Positions 1 to 14,865 are shown, counted from the stretch's first letter. The stretch is 64,000 nt of DNA from Octopus sinensis (GCF_006345805.1 NC_043017.1:2418001-2482000); one strand, 5' to 3'. Notes: generated from the letters alone by a model not told the origin. Program-made: numbers and translations.

Positions 1-88
1 TACTTAGTCTATCAGTCTCTTTTACCGAACCGCTAAGTGACGGGGACGTAAGCACACCAGTATCGGTTGTCAAGCAATGCTAGGGGGA

Positions 89-142
<54 letters not shown>

Positions 143-392
143 CATATATACGACAGGCTTCTTTCAGTTTCCGTCTACCAAATCCACTCACAAGGCATTG
201 GTCGGCCCGACACTTGCCCAAGATGCCACGCAGTGGGACTGAACCCGGAACCATATGGTTGGTTAGCAAGCTACTTACCACACAGCCACTCATGTAGAAG
301 ATATTTACTCAAGTTGCCGCATAATGGGACTGAACCCGGAATGATGTGGTTGGGAAGCAAGCTTCTTACCACACAACCACTCCTGTGCCTGC
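1..392 (-). mobile_element. SINE family A (tRNA head + body + internal microsatellite + 3' half) with a second tandem head at ~295-392
   Basis: Head tggctgtgtggtaag...ggttcagtccc (A/B-box-like), body gccttgtgagtggatttggtagacggaaactgaaagaag, (TA)(TG) linker; runs off the window start. Confidence 0.9.
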
Positions 393-819
393 CACTCGAT
401 AGGTTACTCTTTCTTGCATGTTCAGCAACCATTATTCATTTTAAATAACGTCACATACAGAAACGGAAAAACCACCAAGTAGTCACTTGATATGCTAGAT
501 ATAGCAGCTAAATCTTCACCAAAATGTACACAACTGTCTTAAAAAACGGAAGGAACTTTGCAGGATGTAGTCCTTGACATAGTGTGTGAGAGTGGGGGGG
601 GGGAAGCGACGAGATTGTTACGGCTGGAATGCTTTTGATGTCAGGCTTAGGCGATCGTGTCTAACCTGAATCTCAACAACAACAACAACACCAACAGCAA
701 TAACATTGACAACCTTGGCGTAAACATCATTTTAAAATGGGGGGGGAAGGAGTTATTGACAATGTTAATTGTTTTGTCAGCAGGAGTAAATAACATGCAC
801 ACCTTCGCTTTGTGTGTGT

Positions 820-881
820 GTAGATAGACAGAAAGACGGACAGATCGATAAATGGACAGACAGACAGACGGATAGATAGAG

Positions 882-933
<52 letters not shown>

Positions 934-965
934 GGACAGAGAGACGGACAGAGAGACGGACAGAG

Positions 966-1034
<69 letters not shown>

Positions 1035-1701
1035 CAGACAGACAGACACAGACAGACAGAGATGGACAGACAGAGATGGACAGACAGACAGGTAGAGAGA
1101 TGGACAGACAGAGAGATAGATAGAGAGAGAGATGGACAGACAGATAGAAAGGTGGACAGATGGACAGATAGACAGACAGACAGATAGAGAGATGGACAGA
1201 CAGCAGACAGACAGATGGACAGACAGACACAGAGAGATGGACAGACAGCAGACAGACAGATGGACAGACGGACAGACAGACAGATTGAGAGATGGACAGA
1301 CAGACACAGAGAGATGGACAGACAGACAGAAAGATAGAGAGATGGACAGACAGACACAGAGAGATGGACAAACAGTCAGACAGACAGATGGACAGACAGA
1401 CAGACAGATTGAGAGATGGACAGACAGACACAGAGAGATGGACAGACAGTCAGACAGACAGACAGATAGAGAGATGGACAGACAGACAGACACAGAGAGA
1501 TGGACAGACAGACAGACACAGATGGACAGACAGACAAACAGATAGAGAGATGGACAGACAAACAGATAGAGCGATAGATAGATAGGACAGACGGAGAGAT
1601 AGATAGATAGATTAACAGATATACATATATGCAAGTATGTGTGTATGTGTGTATGTGTGTATGTATGTGTGTGTGTGTGTGTATGTATGTATGTGTGTGT
1701 G

Positions 1702-1768
<67 letters not shown>

Positions 1769-1859
1769 GTGTATGTATGTATGTATGTGTGTATGTATGT
1801 GTGTATGTGTGTGTGTGTGTGTATGTATGTATGTGTGTGTGTATATGTATGTATGTATG

Positions 1860-1890
<31 letters not shown>

Positions 1891-1940
1891 GTGTATGTAT
1901 GCATGTATGTGTGTATGTATGTATGCATGTATGTATGTAC
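820..1940. repeat. Compound GACA/GATG/GAGA array followed by a TATG/TG array
   Basis: Direct inspection. Confidence 0.97.
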
Positions 1941-2589
1941 TGAGATATCAGGTTTCATTCATGTGTATTTGTATGTGTGTATATGCAGATACACAAATGC
2001 ACAACAACCTCATGTATACGCATTTAACTAATGTGTGTGTGTGTACCTCACTCACTTTCCTTCTCTCTCTCTCTCTCTCTCTCTCTCCCTCTCTATGTAC
2101 AATGTGTGTGTGTATGTATTTGTATACTTAGGTAAATAAACAATAAGCTACATGCACATGTGTTGGCACTGTTCACGTGCGTGTTTATATGTTTGTGTGA
2201 GCGTGCGTGCGTCTGTGTGTGCGTCTGTGTTTGCGTGTGTAGTTCGATGTTATTGTCGCTTAGTGGCGCTGTTACTTCGTGGATTACGATTTCGAACGTC
2301 CTCACGGATAATGCGAAGAAAAATATAGGCACGTGTATGCGCTTCCATACAAACATATATGTATGAGCACACACGTGTATATATATATACACACGCACGC
2401 ACACACACATTCGCGCGCGCTGGTGCACACATGCACACTTGCATACATGCAAATGCATATCTCACTGTTTGAGGGTAATACACTCATGGGAGAGAGATGG
2501 TGGGACGGAGAGAAAAGATGTGGGGGTAGAGTTGGCGATTGGGATGGAGATAAGAACAACCTTCAAATACACACACACACACACACACA

Positions 2590-3179
2590 ACGCATTCATA
2601 TAATCGGACACATACATAAACTTACAGAGAAAGGTGTGCGTGTAGACATACATACATCCATACATATACACACTTAAATATAAATCCATTCACACACATA
2701 CCATCGGACACGTACATAAACTTACAGGGAAAGTTATGCGTGTCCAAACACATATATATACACACACACACACAAATATAAATACATTCATACCATCAGA
2801 CACAGAAACTAAGAGAGAAGATATGCTTGCACATAATTCATTGTCATCACTCACACACACACCATCAGAGACACACACACACACCATCAGACACACACAC
2901 ACACACACACCATCAGACACACACACACACACACCATCAGACACACACACACAACACCATCAGACACACACACCATCAGACACACACACACACCATCAGA
3001 CATACACACACCATCAGAGAAAGGTATGCGTGCACAGAGTTCATAACCATCAAACACACACTCAAATACAAACCCATTCACACACTAACCAGCGGACTCA
3101 TACACACTTACATAGAAAGTTATGCGTGCACACAGTTCATCGCTATCACATACACACACAAACACACAAGCGCGCGCGC

Positions 3180-3229
<50 letters not shown>

Positions 3230-3265
3230 TCATGCACACACATATTCACACATACACAAACACAC
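2590..3265. repeat. CA-rich compound minisatellite (ccatcaga(ca)n units and longer degenerate units)
   Basis: Direct inspection. Confidence 0.9.
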
Positions 3266-3560
3266 GCAACTTTTTTTTTTCTTAACACTTCCATTCAAAT
3301 GATTTGATCTTTGGACCGAGGAAATCGAGGCAATTTGTGACACCTCAGAAGACTAACGTGTGAGGGGCTGGGGTTGAGAGACAGGAGACACTCGACAAGG
3401 GTGACAGAGTATATAATACAGACAGGCAAGGAGTCAACAGAAGAAGCGGACTGGGTCTTCTGCCTCTTCTTGCTGTTGACATATTACAAAACGAATCGAA
3501 CAAGAAGCCTCTACATGGTAGCGAACATTGCTAGAAATAATAGCCAAATAGCCATTAGAT

Positions 3561-3974
3561 TACTCTTTCTTTCACTCTTTTACGTGTTTCAGTCATTTGA
3601 CTGCAGCCATGCTGGAGCACCAACTTTAGTCGAGCAAATCGACCCCCAGGACTTATTCTTTGTAAGCCTGGTACTTATTCTATCGGTCTCTTTTTTGCCG
3701 AACCGCTAATGTTACGGGGGACGTAAACACATCAGCATCGGTTGCCAAACGATGTTGGGGGTGGGGTGACAAACAGATGCACACAAACACATACATATAT
3801 GCATATATACGACGGGCTTCTTTCAGTTTCCGTCAACCAAATCCACTCACAAGGCTTTGGTTGGCCCGAGGCTATAGTAGAAGACACTTGCCCAAGGTGC
3901 CACGCAGTGGGACTGAACCCGGAACCATGTGGTTGGTAAGCAAGCTAATTACCACACAGCCACTCCTGTGCCTA
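3561..3974 (-). mobile_element. SINE family A, full length
   Basis: All modules present; appears inserted into an older repeat fragment (~3480-4050). Confidence 0.92.
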
Positions 3975-4168
3975 TACCACACAATCATTCCTTTTAAAAA
4001 AGGTCGCATTGCGACATGCAGTTCTAGATAACAGGATGGGGGAGGGGTGAGATCTTTTGAAAGTTCTTCCAGTTGCTGAAATTAGTTCAATTTTGCACCA
4101 CTTTTATTTTATTTTTTCTTCCATATTTTCGCTTCTAATATAGCTTTGCACGGTGATTACCATGTCTC

Positions 4169-4220
<52 letters not shown>

Positions 4221-4564
4221 ATCGAGTTGTTACATCAGGGCTGATATGAGTTACCACAATAATTGCTGTTTTGTTAATTAAAATTTTTAGTCAGCTTCAA
4301 AGTTGTAGTACGACCTTGGCACAAATAACAGCCATTATCATATACATAGGAAAAATCCTGGTCGGCCATGATCCAAACTTCGGCGTTGGAGAGATCTTTA
4401 ATGCTCGAACTGGCTGATACTGTCAGCTTCCAAATATACAACCTTTGAGATCATGAATAAAATCATTCTATTGTAGATACCTGTCTGATATTTTAGAGAG
4501 CCTCAGATACTCAATTGCTTACCTAAACACATCAGAAGAATAACGGAAAATTCTACAAAAACAT

Positions 4565-4776
4565 TACTCTTTTAGTCTTTTACTTGTTTCAGTCATTTGA
4601 CTGCGGCCATGCTCGAGCACCGCCTTTAGTCAAGCAGACCGACTCCAGAACTTATTCTTTCTAAGCCCAGTACTTATTCTATCGGTCCCTTTGCCGAACC
4701 GCTAAGTTACGGGGACGTAAACGCACCAGCATCAGTTGTCAAGCGATGTTGGGGGGACAAACATAGACACACAAAC
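4565..4776 (-). mobile_element. SINE family A, 3' half only
   Basis: Tail to linker; ends where the MITE begins. Confidence 0.88.
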
Positions 4777-4779
4777 TTC

Positions 4780-5198
4780 GGTGCTACTTTGGTATGCGAC
4801 CTACGTACCCAACATGATCTAAAACACTCAAATTCTACTTCGGTATGCGATCTCCATGTTTCATTTATTTATTATGGCTTTGTTAATTTTTTATAGATTT
4901 AGTTTAAAAAAACTAAAATGAAGCAGATTTGAAAGCAGTTGACTAATTTTATAGGCGAATCGAGCGAACATCAGCTAGAAAAGTAAAAATAGAGAATTAG
5001 CATTTTTATTCATTTTGTACATTTATTATTAAAAAGAAATTAGAATGAACCAATTTGAAACGAGTTTGCTAATTTTATTGGTGAATCGAACGGACATCTT
5101 GATAGGTATAACTTTGCTTGTTGTTGATCACAATATAAAGTGTAGATCGCATACCAAAGCTGTTTCATGACATATAGATCACACACCAAAGTAGCACC
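4780..5198. mobile_element. Non-autonomous DNA transposon (MITE) with ~25-bp TIRs
   Basis: Left ggtgctactttggtatgcgacctac (4780-4804); right atagatcacacaccaaagtagcacc (5174-5198). Subterminal TIR copies at ~4836 and 5142-5160. AT-rich interior with a ~60-bp direct repeat. No clear TSD. Confidence 0.75.
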
Positions 5199-5204
5199 CT
5201 GCAA

Positions 5205-5820
5205 TCACGATTACCACCACCACTACTACTTCTGCTACTACTAATACTATTACTACTACTAACAAAACTACCATCACCACCAAAACTACCATCACAATTT
5301 CGATGCCATCGAAATTCAGACATCACCACCTCGCCATCATAACTACTGCTGCCACCACCAGCACCACTACAAACACTGCCACCAAGATTGGCACAACCAC
5401 AGCTACCACCGCAACCACAACTTCCACCACAACCAGTACTAGCACCGCAATCACCACAACTACGACCATCACTACCACAGCTGTTACCACAATACCCACT
5501 ACCCCTACCGCAGCAGCTTGCGTTTTCTTTATTACCAAAAGAAATTGCACCAATACCCGCATTTGCTCCCACACCCCTGCAATGCAAATATCTCCCCTAA
5601 AAAATCCCTTCCTGTTTTCAATTTCCTCATTTCTTCTCTCTTGTTCTCTCTCACTCTCTTTCGCTCGGTCTGATACACACACACACACTTACTGTTTCCG
5701 TCTCTCTATACTCTCCTCCTCTGTCTGTCTATCTGTCTGTCTGTCTCTCCCTCCCTCTCCCTCCCTCCCTCCCTCTCTCTCTCTCTCCATCTTTCTCTCT
5801 CCATCTCTCTCTCTCTCTGC
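5205..5820. repeat. CAC/TAC trinucleotide low-complexity tract and CT tract
   Basis: Direct inspection. Confidence 0.9.
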
Positions 5821-6624
5821 CTCACATCGCGCTCTTATCTATCAATCTATCTGTTTCTTTTCTGCTCCCTAACATATTTATCTGTGACCCCGTTTCACAG
5901 TTTACGAAGATAGAGTGAAGATAGGTGTTTTTAGGCACCGACATTGGGAGCGTATGACCTTTCGCTAAGGGACGTGAATAGGAGAGAAATCTTCAGGGAG
6001 TTATAGATCAGGTGACCCCTTTCCGATAGGGACTAGATAAAGGGAGTCTTTTGGGAGTGACAGAGAATACTCATTATAAAAGGGCCGCAAACTACACGCT
6101 AAACACTGGAATAAGATGTTTCCCTTCTTAAGGACATAACGGGAACAGACTGAAAGATTGAGAGACAAATAAACAGAATATTGACAAATAAGCAGACAGA
6201 TATCTGGGCAGATAGGGATACATGAAAGGAGAGAGGGCAACGAGACAAATTGATAATAGGGGTTAAGGGTTAGACAAACAAAAGTTTGAAGCAAGCAGAA
6301 AATGGAGGCAAACAGACAGAAAGATAGACAATAAAGCATAGCTAGAACGATAATATATATATATATATATATAAATATATAAATATATATATATATATAG
6401 CTGTGTGTATATAAAAAGCTTGATGTTCACAAATGTCGGAATGCGTAGCGTTCGGTTACTCAATAAATGAAACATGCATTAAAGAGTAGATGTACACATC
6501 GGTCTCACACAGAAGGATCGTAATTCTTCATCAGTTACGAAATTGAGTATTAGTATTTCTGGTCGGTAACCGATGTAGAATTAGGGTCGTTCTGTGTCTT
6601 TCTTATGTGTACGTTTTGTGGTAT

Positions 6625-6679
6625 CTAATGCATTTTTCATCTATATATATGTGTGTGCGTGTGTATATATACATCTATG

Positions 6680-6721
<42 letters not shown>

Positions 6722-6726
6722 CATAT

Positions 6727-6793
<67 letters not shown>

Positions 6794-7584
6794 CTTATGT
6801 ATATATAATGTATGTTATATATATGTATGTATAGATATATATGTATGTATACATATGTATAGATATATATGTATGTATACATATGTATATATATATATGT
6901 ATGTATACATATGTATATATATATATGAATGCATGTATATATATATGAATGCATGTATATATATATGAATGCATGTATATCTATATATATGAATGCATAT
7001 ATATATATTTATGTATACATATATATATATATATATGTATATGTATAGATATGTATGTATATATATGTGTATGTATGTATATATATGTGCTAGAATGAGC
7101 CACATAGTGACCATTCTCTTATATTTATTTTTGTATGTATGTATAGATATATGTATGTATGTATATTATATATATGTATGTATGTATATATATATATGTA
7201 TGTATATATATATATATGTATGTATATATATATATGTATGTATGTATATATATAGTATGTATGTATATATGTATGTATATATGTGTATGTAGTATGTATG
7301 TATGTATGTATGTATATATGTATGTATATATATTATGTATATATGTATTATGTATATATGTATGTATGTATGTTATATATATATGTATGTTATATATATA
7401 TATATGTATATGTATGTATGTATATATGTATGTAGGTATGTATATATATGTGTATGTATGAATGTATATATGTGTATGTATGTATGTATATATATGTGTA
7501 TGTATGTATGTATATATATGTGTATGTATGTATATATATGTGTATGTATGTATATATATGTGTATGGATGTATGTATATATATG

Positions 7585-7616
<32 letters not shown>

Positions 7617-7624
7617 TATGTATG

Positions 7625-7664
<40 letters not shown>

Positions 7665-7673
7665 TATGTATGT

Positions 7674-7728
<55 letters not shown>

Positions 7729-7805
7729 TATGTATGTCTATATATATATATATGTATGTCTATATATATATGTATGTCTATATATATATGTATGTATATA
7801 TATAA

Positions 7806-7836
<31 letters not shown>

Positions 7837-7908
7837 TATGTATGTATAAATATGTATGTATAAATATGTATGTATATATATATATGTATGTATATAATAT
7901 ATGTATGT

Positions 7909-7939
<31 letters not shown>

Positions 7940-8397
7940 TGTATATATATGTATGTATGTATATATATATATATATATGTATGTATAATATATGTATGTA
8001 TATATATATATGTATGTATATATATATATGTATGTAATATATGTATGTATAATATGTATGTATATATATATGTATGTATGTATTATATATGTATGTATGT
8101 TATATATATGTATGTATGTAATATATATGTATGTATGTTGTATATATATATATGTATGTATGTATATATATGTATGTATGTATGTATGTATATTATGTAT
8201 GTATGTATTATATATATATATATGTGTATGTATATATGTATGTAGTATGTATATATATTATGTATGTATATATTATGTATGTATGTATGTATATGTATGT
8301 ATGTATATATATATATGTATGTATGTACGTATATATATGTATGTACGTATATATATGTATGTACGTATATATATGTATGTATGTATATATATGTATG

Positions 8398-8473
<76 letters not shown>

Positions 8474-8635
8474 TGTATGTATATGTATATATATGTATGT
8501 ATGTATATGTATGTATGTATATGTATGTATGTATATGTATGTATATGTATGTATGTATATGTATGTGTATATGTATGTATGTATGTATGTATGTATATGT
8601 ATGTATGTATGTATATGTATGTATGTATGTATACG

Positions 8636-8674
<39 letters not shown>

Positions 8675-8740
8675 GTGTATATGTATGTATATATATGTAT
8701 GTATGTATATATATGTATGTATGTATATATATGTAGTATG

Positions 8741-8771
<31 letters not shown>

Positions 8772-8776
8772 TATAT
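6625..8776. repeat. ~2.1-kb TA/TATG microsatellite array
   Basis: Direct inspection. Confidence 0.98.
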
Positions 8777-9174
8777 AGGCGCAGGAGTGGCTGTGTGGTA
8801 AGTAGCTTGCTAACCAACCACATGGTTCCAGTTTCAGTCCCACTGCGTGGCATCTTGGACAAGTGTCTTCTGCGATAGCCCCGGGCCGACCAATGCCTTG
8901 TGAGTGGATCTGGTAGACGGAAAGCCTGTCGTATATATGTATATATATGTGGGTGTGTATGTTTGTGTGTCTGTGTTTGTCCCCCTAGCATTGCTTGACA
9001 ACCAATGCTGGTGTGTTTACGTCCCCGTCACATAGCGGTTCGGCAAAAGAGACCGATAAAATAAGTACTGGGCTTACAAAGTATAAGTCCCGGGGTCGAT
9101 TTGCTCGACTAAAGGCGGTGTTCCAGCATGGCCGCAGTCAAATGACTGAAACAACTAAAACAGAGTAAAGAGTA
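8777..9174 (+). mobile_element. SINE family A, full length
   Basis: From aggcgcaggagtggctgtgtgg to cagtcaaatgactgaaac...gagtaa. Confidence 0.93.
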
Positions 9175-9649
9175 ATATATGCATGTATATATGTATGTAT
9201 GTATATATGTATGCATGTATATATGTATGCATGTATATATTTCTGCATGTATATATGTATGTATGTATGTATGTGTGTATATGTATGTATGCATAATAAT
9301 AATAATAATAATAATAATAATTTTAGGGAGTATAACTCCAAATTTACAAGGAAAAATTCAGTTTAGTATTAAATCAAATTTCACAATATAAATACATAAG
9401 ATACATGAATTCGATCCAGGAGTGACTATAATTTTAAATTGAGTTGTTTCTCGATTAAATTTTCATGCAATTGTAATACGAATTTAAATTATAGCCATGA
9501 AACGTACGTAGTCATTTTACTTATATATTGTTTATTCATTTTTGTACTTTTTGTGATCTAGTTATATGATTTATAATATATTTTATTTTTTAAGTATTTG
9601 GTATATGTCTATCATTGTTTAAATTGTATATGAGTGTTTTTTCTCTAAT

Positions 9650-10080
9650 TTATATACATGCATATAGATATGCATGTAAGTGTATATGTATAAATATGTG
9701 TATATGCATGTATGTATATGTATGTATATATGTATATATGTAAGTATGCATATATATATATATGTAAATATGCATATAATATATATATAGGTATATATAT
9801 GTATGTATATATTATATATGTATAATATGTATGTATATATATATGTATATATATGTATGTATATATATATGTATGTATATATATATATGTATATATATGT
9901 ATGTATATATATATGTATATATATGTATGTATATATATATGTATATATATGTATGTATATATATATGTATATATATATAAGTATATATATATGTATATAT
10001 TTATTATATATATGTATATATATACATATATATATAGATATATATAAATGTATGTATATATATATGGATATATATATAAT
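9650..10080. repeat. TA/TATG array abutting the LINE 5' end
   Basis: Direct inspection. Confidence 0.97.
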
Positions 10081-12503
10081 GTGAAAGTGACACCGACACT
10101 ACTCTCGGATCACAACATGGTAGAGCTGACCATGTACGGGCCAAAAAGAGCACGGACATGCAGCCTACAAGAAACCCTCAGAGTCTTTCCAGCTTGAACT
10201 TCAATAAGGCAAACTGGAAACAAATTGAGAAGAGATCCTCCTCAAACAAACTGGCCTGAATGTCTCTCCTCGCCGGACATCGACATGATACTTCAACAAT
10301 TCATGTCTGTAATGCAAGCCATATGCTACAAATGTGTCCCAGAGAGAAAGGCCACTGTACACAAGAACAAAATCCCCAGAGAGAGAAAAATTTTATGAGA
10401 CGGCGCACAAAAATCTCAAATCGCCTAAAACAAACAAATTGAAAGCAGTGAAAAGTCCCGCCTGAAAATAAAACTGTTGGAAATTGAAAATTGTCTGCAA
10501 CTCTCCCATGAGAAGGAAAGAGCAGACAAAGAAGCCTGGGCTATAGGCAACATAAAAACTAACCCCAGAGCTTTCTACAGGTATGCCAAGAAAACAGCTA
10601 CGGTGCACTGTAGGATAGGGCCACTCCTTGTAAAGGATGGCACACTCACAGGAAAACCAATGAGGGTAAGTGAAATACTGAATGAACAATTCAAGAGTGT
10701 TTTCACTCCACCCCTTGGGCATTTCCAAATCAGCAATCCAACTGACTTTTTTACCACTGCAGATATAGAATCAGGCGGCGACGTTAAATTACATACATCG
10801 ATATAAAGGAAGATGATGTAATAAAGGCTATAGATGAAATGAAATAGACTCAGCTATTGGCCCCGATGGATTCCCGGCAATCCTCCTAAAAGTATGTAAG
10901 AGAGTCTTAGCAAGACCACTGCAGTTCCTCTTTCAGAGCTTCCTTGCAGCTGGCAAACTTCCAAGAAAACTGAAGGAAGGTAAAATATGCCCTATTCATA
11001 AGGAGGTAGCAGAGCGGAGGCCAAGAACTACAGACCTATCTCTCTGACCTCACCTCACACACATCAGCAAGGTCATGGAACGAATAGTAAGAAGGAAACT
11101 AATCACCTTCCTTGAAGAAAATGACTTGCTGCCTGACACCCCAACATGGTTTCCGACCAGGAAGAAGCTGCTTAACTCAGCTCCTGCAGCACTATGACTG
11201 GGTGCTGAAACAACTGCTCAACCACTCAAATGTGGAAGTCATATATCTCGACTTCGCAAAGGCCTTCGATAAAGTCGATCATGGAATGATATGTCACAAA
11301 CTGCGTGATCTTGGCATAGTTGGAAAACTAGGAGAATGGCTTCACGACTTTCTGAAGAATAGAAGTCAGGTGGTAGTAGCCAATGGGGCCACTTCCATTA
11401 GCACGCAAATAGTGAGCGGTGTTCCACAGGGCACTGTTTTGGGACCACTACTGTTCATAATGGCCCTCTCAGACATGCCCTCAGCCACGCGGAGAGCCAC
11501 GATCACAAGTTATGCAGATGATACAAAAGTTTCACAGGCAATACAGAACCCTGAAGACACTAGGCACCTGCAATATGAGCTGGACGAAATATACAAGTGG
11601 GCTGAAAAGAATAGCATGCAGTTCAATGCTGAAAATTTTCAAGCTTTATACTATCAGCATGCAAAACTGAATGCAATACCCAAGGAATACACTGGACCCG
11701 GAGGGATTGCAATCCCAGAGGCACAATCAGTGCGTGACCTGGGTATTCACATGAGTGATGACGCGAACCTTTCATGTACATGTTGCTAAACTGACAGTGA
11801 AATGCAGACGGCTGGCTGGATGGATTCTTAAACCTTTAGAACAAGAGAACAAGAAACCATGATGGTCCTCTGGAAGACACTTGTCCTAAGTCACTTTGAG
11901 TATTGCTCTCAGCTATGGTCACCATCCAGTGTCAAGTTGATCACAGAACTTGAGGCGATCCAACGAAGCTACACGAAGAAGATAGCCTCTATGCAGAATG
12001 TAAGCTACTGGGAAAGACTCAAGAGATTAAAATTATATTCCCTGGAGCGTAGGCGGGAAAGATATGCCATAATATACATCTGGAAGATCCTGGAGGGAAG
12101 TGTCCTGAACTTTGGCATCGAGAGTTCGCAAAACCCAGAACTGGGCGCCACTGCGTGTGCCTAGGACTCCAAACTTGCCATCAAGAGTAGGACAAGATTC
12201 TGTGATAGCCTGGGCTTCCGAGGCCCACAGCTCTTCAATATCCTCCCGATGAACCTGAGAGACCTGCATGGGGTGGATACAGATGTCTTTAAAATGGAGC
12301 TGGATCTCATCCTGTCAGGTGTCCCAGATGAACCAACTTCACGGCAGGAGGGCAGATGAGGGCAGCTGCATCGAACTCTCTCATGCACCAAATAGCAGTT
12401 GCTAGAAACCCTCCATGAAGTGAAACCAAGTAGCAACACCAAATGGCGGTGCCCCAGCATGGCCACAGCTCATGAGCTGAAACTGGAATCAATCAATCAA
12501 TCA
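10081..12503 (+). mobile_element. 5'-truncated, frameshifted CR1/L2-group LINE (end of APE endonuclease, RT, C-terminal region, 3' UTR, (AATC)n tail)
   Basis: [14 protein letters not shown] (endonuclease SDH motif) at 10081. RT motifs QHGFRPGRSC, YLDFAKAFDKVDH, SGVPQGTVLGPLLF and YADDTK in ORF 11112-11789. [13 protein letters not shown]...[11 protein letters not shown] in ORF 11859-12164. Several frameshifts. Tail aatcaatcaatc at ~12487-12502. Confidence 0.95.
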
Positions 12504-12507
12504 TAAG

Positions 12508-12908
12508 CATATATATACATATACATACATATATATATATGTATATATAATATATGTATAATTATATGTATGTATATATATATATATTTATGTATATATA
12601 TATGTATGTATATATATATATGTATGTATATATATATATATGTATTATGTATAGTATATATCTATATATGTTCATATATATATATATATATGTATATGTA
12701 TTATATAGTATCTATAATATAGATATATATATGTATTTATATCGTATATATGTGCATATATATATATATTATGTATGTATATATACATGTATATATATAT
12801 GTATATATACGTATATATGTGCATATATATATAATTGATATATATATATGATATATATGTACTATATATGTATATATTGTATATATATATATGTATATTC
12901 TATATGTA

Positions 12909-12949
<41 letters not shown>

Positions 12950-13053
12950 ATATATATATAGTATATATATGTATATATATATAGTATATATATATATATG
13001 TATATATATATGTATATATATATATATGTATATATATCTATATATATAGTATA

Positions 13054-13116
<63 letters not shown>

Positions 13117-13173
13117 ATATATATATATATAGTATATATGATATATATATGTATGTATATGTATATATATATG

Positions 13174-13206
<33 letters not shown>

Positions 13207-13753
13207 GTATATTATATATATATGTATACTATATATGTATATATGTATGTATATATATGTATATATATATATAGTATATGTATATATATATGTATAGTAT
13301 ATATATGTATATATATGTAATATATATGTATATATGTATATATATTATATATAATTCTGTATATATGTATGTATATATGTATATATGTAGATATATATGT
13401 ATATATATATGTATGTATATATTATATATGTATAATATTATATAGTATATATATATGTAATATGTATATATATATATGTATATATGTATGTATATATATA
13501 TATATGTATATATATATATGTATATATATATATGTATATATATATATATGTATATATGTATATGTATATATGTATATATGTATAATCTATGTATATATGT
13601 ATATATATATATGTATATATATATATATGTATATATATATATGTATATATGTCTATAGGATATATATATGTATATATATGTATATATATATATATGTATA
13701 TATGTATATATTATATGTATATAATGATATATATATGTATATATATATATATG

Positions 13754-13820
<67 letters not shown>

Positions 13821-13865
13821 GTATATATATATATGTATATATATATATGTATATATATATATATG

Positions 13866-13896
<31 letters not shown>

Positions 13897-14186
13897 GTAT
13901 AATAGTATATATAATATGTATATATGTATATATATATATGTATATATGTATATATATATATGTATATATATATATGTATATATATATATGTATATATATA
14001 TATGTATATATATATCTGTATATATATATATATGTATATCTATATATATATATATGTATATATATGTATATATAATATGTATATATATATGTATCTATAT
14101 TGTATATATATATATGTATATATATATATATTATATATAGATGTTATATATGTATATATATGTACTATATAGTATATATATGTATG

Positions 14187-14217
<31 letters not shown>

Positions 14218-14486
14218 GTATATATATATATGTATATATATATGTATATATATGTATATATATATGTATGTATATATATATGTATGTATATATATATGTA
14301 TATATATGTATGTATATATATATGTATATATATATGTATGTATATATATATATATATGTATATCTAGTATATATATATGTATATGTCTATATATGTATAT
14401 ATATGTTATGTATATATATGTATGTATATATATATGTATATATAGTGTTATATATATATATGTATATATATATGTATATATATATG

Positions 14487-14576
<90 letters not shown>

Positions 14577-14833
14577 ATGTATATATATATGTATATATAT
14601 ATATATGATATATATGTATATATATATGTATATATATATATGTATATATATATAGGATATATAATGTATATATGTATATATATATATATGTATATATATA
14701 TGTATATATATAATGTATATATGTATATATATATGTATGTATATATATATATGTATATGTACTATATATATATGTATAGTATATGATCTATATATGTATA
14801 TGCTATATATATATGTATATGTATATATATATC

Positions 14834-14865
<32 letters not shown>

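Noticed and set aside
5165-5872. Thr-rich mucin-like and Gly/Cys-rich ORFs
   Set aside because: They coincide with a CAC/TAC low-complexity tract; no splice or domain support.
6520-6545. CTGATGA on the minus strand as another hammerhead core
   Set aside because: No stem II followed by GAAA downstream.
8777-8850. tRNA-like sequences at SINE heads (many copies)
   Set aside because: A/B boxes are present, but each runs into a SINE body and lacks a complete cloverleaf; they are not tRNA genes.
647-9400. Long ORFs rich in CVYM, THI or LSVC (also at 12554-19037, 28704-29931, 40312-41266, 54267-54739, 56619-57466 and 61732-62427)
   Set aside because: They are translations of di-, tri- and tetranucleotide repeats that lack stop codons in some frames; there is no protein-like signal.
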